IMG/VR virus record: IMGVR_UViG_2874956758_000001
DNA from: a virus
Taxonomy: Duplodnaviria > Heunggongvirae > Uroviricota > Caudoviricetes
DNA: 35,721 nucleotides
Reading direction: 5' to 3' (one strand)
Under the pieces are notes generated by a model that was not told the origin of the DNA, ran no database searches, and was given only the letters and a program-made list of their open reading frames with translations. Below are positions 28,688 through 35,721 of this stretch, one piece after another (within the stretch, counting starts at the first letter, position 1; the number at the start of each line of letters is the position of its first letter). Both the position numbers and the translations under genes were made by a program.

Positions 28688-29206
28688 ATGGCAATGCCGC
28701 GCAAACTCAAGTTAATGAACGTCTTTCTGAACGGCTACAGCTATCAGGGCGTTGCAAAGTCCGTCACGCTGCCAAAACTGACCCGTAAACTCGAAAACTA
28801 TCGCGGTGCGGGGATGAACGGAAGCGCACCGGTAGACCTCGGCCTTGATGACGATGCGCTGTCAATGGAGTGGTCGCTCGGGGGCTTCCCGGATTCGGTT
28901 ATCTGGGAGCTTTACGCCGCAACCGGTGTGGATGCCGTGCCGATTCGTTTTGCTGGCTCTTACCAGCGTGACGATACCGGCGAAACGGTGGCCGTAGAGG
29001 TGGTCATGCGTGGCCGTCAGAAAGAAATCGACACCGGCGAGGGTAAACAGGGAGAAGACACCGAGTCGAAAATCTCCGTAGTCTGCACCTATTTCCGGCT
29101 GACGATGGACGGTAAGGAGCTGGTCGAAATCGACACCATCAACATGATTGAGAAGGTGAACGGCGTCGACCGGCTGGAGCAACACCGCCGCAATATCGGC
29201 CTGTAA
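28688..29206 (+). CDS. FII: Tail tube protein
   Basis: 172 aa, the size and position of P2 gpFII. Confidence 0.9.
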   Translation: MAMPRKLKLMNVFLNGYSYQGVAKSVTLPKLTRKLENYRGAGMNGSAPVDLGLDDDALSMEWSLGGFPDSVIWELYAATGVDAVPIRFAGSYQRDDTGETVAVEVVMRGRQKEIDTGEGKQGEDTESKISVVCTYFRLTMDGKELVEIDTINMIEKVNGVDRLEQHRRNIGL

Positions 29207-29262
29207 TTTTCATCCGGTCAGCCTGCCTGACCGGTTAACACCGATTCAGAAGTGAGAAAACC

Positions 29263-29538
29263 ATGAACAAAGAAAATGTGATTACCCTGGACAATCCGGT
29301 CAAGCGTGGTGAGCAGGTTATCGAACAGGTCACGCTGATGAAACCCAGTGCGGGGACGCTGCGCGGTGTCAGTCTGGCTGCGGTCGCAAACTCAGAAGTC
29401 GATGCACTGATTAAGGTGCTGCCGCGCATGACGGCACCGATGCTGACCGAGCAGGAAGTCGCCGCGCTGGAACTGCCTGACCTTGTGGCGCTGGCCGGTA
29501 AGGTGGTCGGTTTTTTGTCGCCGAACTCGGTGCAGTAA
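29263..29538 (+). CDS. E: Tail assembly chaperone E
   Basis: 91 aa; ends just after a TTTTTTG slippery heptamer. Confidence 0.8.
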   Translation: MNKENVITLDNPVKRGEQVIEQVTLMKPSAGTLRGVSLAAVANSEVDALIKVLPRMTAPMLTEQEVAALELPDLVALAGKVVGFLSPNSVQ

Positions 29539-29688
29539 CGTTCCCGAAAAATCTGTCGGTCGATGACCTGATGGCGGATGTGGCAGTGATATTTCACTGG
29601 CCGCCATCAGAACTGTATCCCATGAGCCTGACCGAACTCATCACATGGCGCGAAAAGGCGCTCCGGCGAAGCGGAAACACGAATGAGT
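29263..29688 (+). CDS. E+E': E+E' tail assembly chaperone made by programmed -1 frameshift at the TTTTTTG site (about 29509-29515)
   Basis: The -1 frame after the heptamer is open (FVAELGAVTFPKNLSVDDLMADVAVIFHWPPSELYPMSLTELITWREKALRRSGNTNE) to a stop at 29686-29688, overlapping the T start; analogous to lambda G/GT. Confidence 0.7.
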
Positions 29689-32130
29689 AACAATGTAAAA
29701 TTACAGGTATTGCTCAGGGCTGTTGACCAGGCATCCCGCCCGTTTAAATCCATCCGCACAGCGAGTAAGTCGCTGTCGGGGGATATCCGGGAAACACAAA
29801 AATCACTGCGCGAGCTGAACGGTCACGCATCCCGTATTGAGGGATTCCGCAAGACCAGTGCACAGCTCGCCGTGACTGGTCATGCACTTGAAAAGGCACG
29901 GCAGGAGGCCGAAGCCCTTGCCACACAGTTTAAAAACACCGAACGTCCGACCCGTGCTCAGGCGAAAGTGCTGGAATCAGCAAAGCGAGCGGCGGAGGAC
30001 TTACAGGCGAAATATAACCGCCTGACGGATTCCGTTAAACGCCAGCAGCGGGAACTGGCCGCTGTGGGAATTAATACCCGCAATCTTGCACATGATGAGC
30101 AGGGACTGAAAAACCGTATCAGTGAAACCACCGCACAGCTTAACCGACAACGTGACGCGCTGGCGCGTGTCAGTGCGCAACAGGCAAAACTTAACGCAGT
30201 AAAACAGCGTTATCAGGCAGGCAAGGAACTGGCCGGAAATATGGCCTCAGTGGGCGCTGCCGGTGTGGGGATTGCTGCTGCGGGAACAATGGCCGGAGTT
30301 AAGCTACTGATGCCCGGTTATGAGTTTGCGCAGAAAAACTCAGAATTGCAGGCCGTGCTCGGAGTGGCAAAAGACTCTGCTGAAATGGCTGCACTACGCA
30401 AGCAGGCGCGCCAGCTCGGCGACAACACCGCCGCCTCGGCGGACGATGCAGCCGGTGCGCAGATTATCATTGCGAAAGCGGGTGGAGATGCTGCGGCTAT
30501 TCAGGCGGCAACGCCGGTCACGCTGAATATGGCACTGGCGAATCAGCGGTCGATGGAAGAAAACGCGCAACTGTTGCTGGGGACTAAGGCATCCTTTCAA
30601 CTGTCAAATGATGATGTCAGCCATGTGGGCGACGTGTTGTCAGCAACGATGAATAAGTCGGCGGCTGATTTTCAGGGACTCAGTGATGCACTGACTTACC
30701 TCGGTCCGGTTGCGAGGACGGCAGGTGTAAGTCTTGAGCAGGCAGCGGCCATGACAGGTGTGCTGCATGACAATAACATCAGGGGGTCAATGGCGGGTAC
30801 GGGTAGTAGTGCCGTTGTCACCCGATTACAGGCTCCGACAGGGAAAGCATGGGAAGCACTAAAAGAGCTTGGCGTTAAAACCTCGGACAAAAAGGGAAAT
30901 ATGCGTCCGTTGTTCACCATTCTGAAAGAGATTCAGGTCAGCTTTGATAAACACAAGCTGGGAACGTCTCAGAAGGGGGAATACCTTAAAACCATTTTTG
31001 GTGAGGAAGCCCTGAAATCAGCGAACGTTTTACTGGCAGCGGCTGCAAGCGGAAAACTGGATAAGCTGACCGCCACGCTGAAAGCCTCGGACGGTAAAAC
31101 GGAAGAGCTGGTTAAAATCATGCAGGACAACCTCGGCGGTGACTTTAAGGAGTTTCAGTCCGCTTATGAGGCGGTGGGGACTGACCTGTTTGACCAGCAG
31201 GAAGGCGCACTGCGTAATCTCACGCAGACGGCCACAAAGTATGTGTTAAAACTCGACGGCTGGATCCAGAAAAACAAATCACTGGCGTCAACCATCGGCA
31301 TCATTGTCGGTGGTGCACTGGCGCTGACTGGTGTCATCGGTGCCATTGGCCTCGTAGCCTGGCCGGTTATCACCGGCATCAATGCCATTATCGCGGCAGC
31401 AGGCGCAATGGGGGCAATCTTCACGACGGTTGGCAGTGCTGTTATGACGGCCATCGGGGCGATTAGCTGGCCGGTTGTGGCCGTGGTGGCTGCAATTGTC
31501 GCCGGGGCGTTGCTTATCCGTAAATACTGGGAGCCTGTCAGCGCATTCTTTGGCGGTGTGGTGGAAGGGCTGAAAGCGGCATTTGCGCCCGTGGGGGAAC
31601 TGTTCGCGCCACTTAAGCCGGTGTTTGACTGGCTGGGTGAAAAGTTACAGGCCGCGTGGCAGTGGTTTAAAAACCTGATTGCCCCCGTCAAAGCCACCCA
31701 GGACACCCTGAACCGTTGCCGTGATACGGGCGTCATGTTCGGGCAGGCACTGGCTGACGCGCTGATGCTGCCGCTTAATGCGTTCAACAAACTGCGCAGC
31801 GGCATTGACTGGGTACTGGAAAAACTCGGTGTTATCAACAAAGAGTCAGACACACTTGACCAGACCGCCGCCAGAACTCATGCCGCCACGTATGGCACCG
31901 GTGGTTATATTCCGGCGACCAGCTCTTATGCAGGCTATCAGGCTTATCAGCCGGTCACGGTACCGGCTGGTCGCTCTTATGTGGACCAGAGTAAAAACGA
32001 ATATCACATCAGCCTGACGGGTGGTACTGCGCCGGGGACACAGCTTGACCGCCAGTTACAGGATGCGCTTGAAAAATACGAGCGGGATAAACGTGCGCGC
32101 GCCCGTGCCAGCATGATGCATGACGGTTAA
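29683..32130 (+). CDS. T: Tail tape measure protein
   Basis: 815 aa, coiled-coil rich with Gly/Ala-rich hydrophobic segments; size of P2 gpT. Confidence 0.9.
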   Translation: MSNNVKLQVLLRAVDQASRPFKSIRTASKSLSGDIRETQKSLRELNGHASRIEGFRKTSAQLAVTGHALEKARQEAEALATQFKNTERPTRAQAKVLESAKRAAEDLQAKYNRLTDSVKRQQRELAAVGINTRNLAHDEQGLKNRISETTAQLNRQRDALARVSAQQAKLNAVKQRYQAGKELAGNMASVGAAGVGIAAAGTMAGVKLLMPGYEFAQKNSELQAVLGVAKDSAEMAALRKQARQLGDNTAASADDAAGAQIIIAKAGGDAAAIQAATPVTLNMALANQRSMEENAQLLLGTKASFQLSNDDVSHVGDVLSATMNKSAADFQGLSDALTYLGPVARTAGVSLEQAAAMTGVLHDNNIRGSMAGTGSSAVVTRLQAPTGKAWEALKELGVKTSDKKGNMRPLFTILKEIQVSFDKHKLGTSQKGEYLKTIFGEEALKSANVLLAAAASGKLDKLTATLKASDGKTEELVKIMQDNLGGDFKEFQSAYEAVGTDLFDQQEGALRNLTQTATKYVLKLDGWIQKNKSLASTIGIIVGGALALTGVIGAIGLVAWPVITGINAIIAAAGAMGAIFTTVGSAVMTAIGAISWPVVAVVAAIVAGALLIRKYWEPVSAFFGGVVEGLKAAFAPVGELFAPLKPVFDWLGEKLQAAWQWFKNLIAPVKATQDTLNRCRDTGVMFGQALADALMLPLNAFNKLRSGIDWVLEKLGVINKESDTLDQTAARTHAATYGTGGYIPATSSYAGYQAYQPVTVPAGRSYVDQSKNEYHISLTGGTAPGTQLDRQLQDALEKYERDKRARARASMMHDG

Positions 32131-32144
32131 GGAGGTGACGAAAA

Positions 32145-32624
32145 ATGATGCTCGCGTTAGGTATGTTTGTTTTTATGCGCCAGACGCTGCCACACCAGAC
32201 CATGCAGCGTGAATCAGATTATCGCTGGCCGTCAAATTCCCGTATCGGTAAACGGGATGCCTACCAGTTTCTCGGTGTGGGTGAGGAAAACATGACGCTT
32301 GCCGGCGTGCTTTATCCCGAACTGACCGGCGGGAAGCTGACGATGACCACGCTCAGGCTGATGGCAGAGGAAGGCCGGGCGTGGCCGTTGCTGGATGGCA
32401 CTGGCATGATTTACGGCATGTATATCGTCAGCAAGGTGAGTGAAACAGGGAGTATTTTCTTTGCAGACGGCACACCCCGGAAAATTGATTTTACGCTGTC
32501 ACTCACCCGCGTTGATGAATCACTGGCCGCGCTTTATGGCGATATCGGTAAACAGGCGGAATCGCTCATCGGTAAGGCTGGCAGTATGGCGACCAGATTC
32601 ACGGGTATGACGGGGGCGGGATAA
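32145..32624 (+). CDS. U: Tail protein U
   Basis: 159 aa, the size and position of P2 gpU. Confidence 0.85.
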   Translation: MMLALGMFVFMRQTLPHQTMQRESDYRWPSNSRIGKRDAYQFLGVGEENMTLAGVLYPELTGGKLTMTTLRLMAEEGRAWPLLDGTGMIYGMYIVSKVSETGSIFFADGTPRKIDFTLSLTRVDESLAALYGDIGKQAESLIGKAGSMATRFTGMTGAG

Positions 32625-33787
32625 TGCTGGATGCGCTGACATTTGATGCAGGCAGTACGCTGACGCCGGATTACATGCTGATGCTCGACAGCAGGGATAT
32701 TACCGGCAATATCAGCGACCGTCTGATGAGCATGACCCTGACGGATAACCGGGGCTTTGAGGCTGACCAGCTTGATATTGAACTGAACGACGCCGACGGG
32801 CAGGTAGGGCTACCGGTTCGTGGCGCTGTCCTGACGGTGTATATCGGCTGGAAAGGTTTTGCCCTGGTATGCAAAGGGAAATTTACCGTTGATGAGGTTG
32901 AACACCGGGGAGCACCGGATGTGGTCACCATCCGCGCCCGGAGTGCAGATTTTCGCGGGACGCTCAATTCCCGCCGTGAAGGCTCCTGGCATGACACCAC
33001 GCTCGGTGCGATTGTTGAGGCGATAGCCTCCCGTAACAGGCTGGAAGCCAGTGTCGCGCCGTCACTGGCAGGAATTAAAATCCCGCACATCGACCAGTCG
33101 CAGGAGTCTGATGCGAAATTCCTGACCCGTCTTGCAGAACGCAACGGCGGTGAGGTGTCGGTAAAAATGGGAGAACTGTTGTTTCTCAAAGCGGGGCAGG
33201 GGGTGACGGCCAGCGGTAAAAAAATCCCGCAGATTACCATCACCCGCAGCGACGGCGACCGTCATCATTTTGCGATTGCTGACCGTGGAGCTTACACCGG
33301 CGTAACGGCAAAGTGGTTACACACCAAAGACCCGAAGCCGCAAAAGCAGAAGGTAAAACTGAAACGCAAAAAGAAAGAAAAACACCTGCGCGCACTGGAG
33401 CACCCGAAAGCGAAACCGGTCACGCAGAAGAAAGCGCCAAAAGTACCGGAAGCGCGCGAAGGTGAATACATGGCCGGTGAAGCTGACAACGTTTTTGCCC
33501 TGACTACGGTATATGCCACGAAAGCACAGGCCATGCGCGCCGCTCAGGCGAAGTGGGATAAACTGCAACGGGGCGTTGCGGAGTTCTCCATCAGCCTTGC
33601 CACTGGTCGTGCTGATATTTACACGGAAACACCGGTCAGAGTGTCAGGCTTTAAGCGCGTCATAGACGAGCAGGACTGGACAATCACTAAGGTGACACAT
33701 TTTCTGAATAATAGCGGCTTCACGACGTCCTTGGAGCTTGAGGTCAGGCTTTCTGATGTGGAGTACGAAACAGAAGATGATGAGTAA
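32624..33787 (+). CDS. D: Tail protein D (late control D)
   Basis: 387 aa, the size and position of P2 gpD. Confidence 0.85.
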   Translation: MLDALTFDAGSTLTPDYMLMLDSRDITGNISDRLMSMTLTDNRGFEADQLDIELNDADGQVGLPVRGAVLTVYIGWKGFALVCKGKFTVDEVEHRGAPDVVTIRARSADFRGTLNSRREGSWHDTTLGAIVEAIASRNRLEASVAPSLAGIKIPHIDQSQESDAKFLTRLAERNGGEVSVKMGELLFLKAGQGVTASGKKIPQITITRSDGDRHHFAIADRGAYTGVTAKWLHTKDPKPQKQKVKLKRKKKEKHLRALEHPKAKPVTQKKAPKVPEAREGEYMAGEADNVFALTTVYATKAQAMRAAQAKWDKLQRGVAEFSISLATGRADIYTETPVRVSGFKRVIDEQDWTITKVTHFLNNSGFTTSLELEVRLSDVEYETEDDE

Positions 33788-33868
33788 TGTTTTTATTTTA
33801 TCTGTTTGTTTTATAAGGATAAATTAACTAAAATGGCACCGTCAACAAAACCGGAAGAGGTGCTCGCG

Positions 33869-34087
33869 ATGTTTCATTGTCCTTTATGCCAGCATGCCGC
33901 ACATGCGCGTACAAGCCGCTATATCACTGACACGACAAAAGAGCGTTATCACCAGTGTCAGAACGTGAATTGCAGCGCCACGTTCATCACTTATGAGTCG
34001 GTACAGCGATACATCGTGAAGCCGGGAGAAGTCCACGCCGTAAGACCGCACCCGTTGCCGTCAGGGCAGCAAATTATGTGGATGTAA
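33869..34087 (+). CDS. ogr: Ogr zinc-finger activator of late transcription
   Basis: 72 aa from MFHCPLCQHAAHAR with a second Cys pair (CQNVNC); the ORF-track start at 33806 is probably too far upstream. Confidence 0.85.
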   Translation: MFHCPLCQHAAHARTSRYITDTTKERYHQCQNVNCSATFITYESVQRYIVKPGEVHAVRPHPLPSGQQIMWM

Positions 34088-34097
34088 TTACAAACAG

Positions 34098-34126
34098 GAA
34101 GCCCCTCAGTCGAGGGGCTTTTTTGT
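34098..34126 (+). terminator. Rho-independent terminator after ogr
   Basis: GAAGCCCCTC-AGTC-GAGGGGCTT hairpin followed by TTTTTT. Confidence 0.75.
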
Positions 34127-34187
34127 CGATGTGGTCAATGTGTGGACGTGACCAGAAATAAATCCTTTTATTTCATTGTATTACGCG

Positions 34188-34214
34188 TAAAAAATAAGCC
34201 CGTGTAAGGGAGAT
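34188..34214. other. attR: Prophage right attachment core (P2-type 27-bp att core AAAAAATAAGCCCGTGTAAGGGAGATT)
   Basis: String matches my recollection of the P2 att core; lies between ogr and the first host gene, where attR is expected. Confidence 0.65.
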
Positions 34215-34359
34215 TACACAGGCTAAGGAGGTGGTTCCTGGTACAGCTAGCATTTTATGGGTTATGTTTTTCAGCGAAATGGATGATAACCTTAATAAAT
34301 GCAGCTGTATGTGATCGGTTTCTAAGAATTTTCCATCCGGGAAAAATAATCGAAATTAA

Positions 34360-35721
34360 TCACTTACCGTGGGGGTTACGCGTGGTTTCCCCGGAGAAAT
34401 TACGCATCAGCAGCGCGTAATTTAGCTCAAGATCCTGCGGCACCGGGATCCACACAGTATAACCATCGCCTGGTGCGACCGGCATAGCTTCACCTTTGGC
34501 GTTTTCCATGTGCTCAAGGGTAAAGTTAATGTTGCCTTGCGGCGTCATCAGCTCAAGGCTGTCGCCAACGGAGAATTTATTTTTCACCGCTACCGCCGCG
34601 AGGTCGCCCTTGCGCTCACCGGTAAACTCACCAACAAACTGCTGGCGGTCAGAAACTGAATAACCGTATTCGTAGTTCTGATAATCGTCGTGAGTATGAC
34701 GACGCAGGAAACCTTCGGTATAGCCACGATGCGCCAGACCTTCCAGAGTTTCCAGCAGGCTGGTATCGAATGGTTTTCCCGCAGCTGCGTCATCGATAGC
34801 TTTACGGTAAACCTGCGCGGTGCGTGCGCAATAGTAGAAAGATTTGGTACGGCCTTCGATTTTCAGCGAATGCACGCCCATTTTGGTCAGGCGTTCTACA
34901 TGGGCGATGGCGCGCAGATCTTTCGAGTTCATGATGTAAGTGCCGTGCTCATCTTCAAACGCGGTCATATACTCGCCCGGACGCTGGGCCTCTTCGATCA
35001 TAAACACTTTGTCGGTTGGTGCGCCGATACCCAGCGTCGGCTCAACATTTTGCACCGGAATCGGCTCGTACTTGTGTACGATGTTGCCAACGTCATCTTC
35101 TTTCCCTTCCTGGACGTTGTACTCCCAGCGGCAGGCGTTGGTGCAGGTGCCCTGGTTCGGGTCGCGCTTGTTGATATAGCCAGAGAGCAGGCAGCGACCG
35201 GAGTAGGCCATGCACAGCGCACCGTGAACGAAGATCTCGATCTCCATATCCGGCACCTGATTGCGGATCTCTTCAATCTCTTCCAGCGACAGCTCGCGAG
35301 AGAGGATCACGCGGGTCAGTCCCATTTGCTGCCAGAATTTCACCGTCGCCCAGTTCACGGCGTTAGCCTGTACCGAGAGATGGATCGGCATTTCAGGGAT
35401 GTGCTCGCGCACCAGCATAATCAGCCCTGGATCGGACATAATCAGCGCATCCGGCCCCATTTCCACCACCGGTTTCAGGTCACGGATAAAGGTTTTCAGC
35501 TTGGCGTTGTGCGGTGCAATGTTGACCACGACATAAAACTTTTTCCCCAGCGTGTGGGCTTCATTGATGCCGAGCTGAAGATTTTCGTGGTTAAATTCGT
35601 TGTTGCGCACACGTAGGGAGTAACGTGGCTGGCCCGCATAAACAGCATCTGCGCCATAAGCGAAAGCGTAACGCATATTTTTCAGCGTTCCCGCCGGGGA
35701 AAGGAGTTCCGGTTTAAACAT
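34360..35721 (-). CDS. yegQ: Host U32-family peptidase-like protein YegQ (tRNA hydroxylation protein TrhP)
   Basis: 453 aa, recognised as E. coli YegQ; complete within the window, start codon at 35719-35721. In E. coli K-12 this gene neighbours a cryptic P2 remnant (ogrK, yegZ). Confidence 0.85.
   Translation of the reverse strand: MFKPELLSPAGTLKNMRYAFAYGADAVYAGQPRYSLRVRNNEFNHENLQLGINEAHTLGKKFYVVVNIAPHNAKLKTFIRDLKPVVEMGPDALIMSDPGLIMLVREHIPEMPIHLSVQANAVNWATVKFWQQMGLTRVILSRELSLEEIEEIRNQVPDMEIEIFVHGALCMAYSGRCLLSGYINKRDPNQGTCTNACRWEYNVQEGKEDDVGNIVHKYEPIPVQNVEPTLGIGAPTDKVFMIEEAQRPGEYMTAFEDEHGTYIMNSKDLRAIAHVERLTKMGVHSLKIEGRTKSFYYCARTAQVYRKAIDDAAAGKPFDTSLLETLEGLAHRGYTEGFLRRHTHDDYQNYEYGYSVSDRQQFVGEFTGERKGDLAAVAVKNKFSVGDSLELMTPQGNINFTLEHMENAKGEAMPVAPGDGYTVWIPVPQDLELNYALLMRNFSGETTRNPHGK

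Noticed and set aside
31164-31853. 229-aa minus-strand ORF
   Set aside because: Antisense to the tape measure gene T; low-complexity Ala/Ser/Thr-rich translation.
32671-33243. 190-aa minus-strand ORF
   Set aside because: Antisense to tail gene D, with no independent support.
34690-35616. 308-aa plus-strand ORF
   Set aside because: Antisense to host gene yegQ, whose minus-strand frame gives a well-formed 453-aa protein.

Overview
This window is almost entirely a P2-like (Peduovirus) prophage in an Escherichia coli-type chromosome. It enters inside the integrase gene at the left edge and ends at the right attachment core next to the host gene yegQ (trhP). Gene order is the canonical P2 order: int-C-cox-B-A, a variable locus, cos, Q-P-O-N-M-L-X-Y-K-lysA-lysB/lysC-R-S-V-W-J-I-H, G, a second variable locus, FI-FII-E/E'-T-U-D-ogr. 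Product names rest on my recollection of P2 protein sizes, order and motifs; no database search was run. The two classical P2 cargo positions both carry non-P2 content. The A-to-cos position (tin/old in P2) holds an AT-rich reverse transcriptase of the Abi-P2 type, broken across at least two reading frames. The G-to-FI position (Z/fun in P2) holds a NUDIX hydrolase plus HAD phosphatase gene pair, which I consider the best candidate for an undescribed accessory module, possibly anti-phage or counter-defence. Two insertion sequences have hit the prophage, each with intact target-site duplications: an IS66-family element at the 3' end of tail-fibre gene H, and an IS2 copy just upstream of the NUDIX gene. 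Several genes (the RT, terminase P, tail-completion S) show frame breaks at short homopolymers; these may be real pseudogenisation or assembly indel errors, and I cannot tell which from sequence alone.
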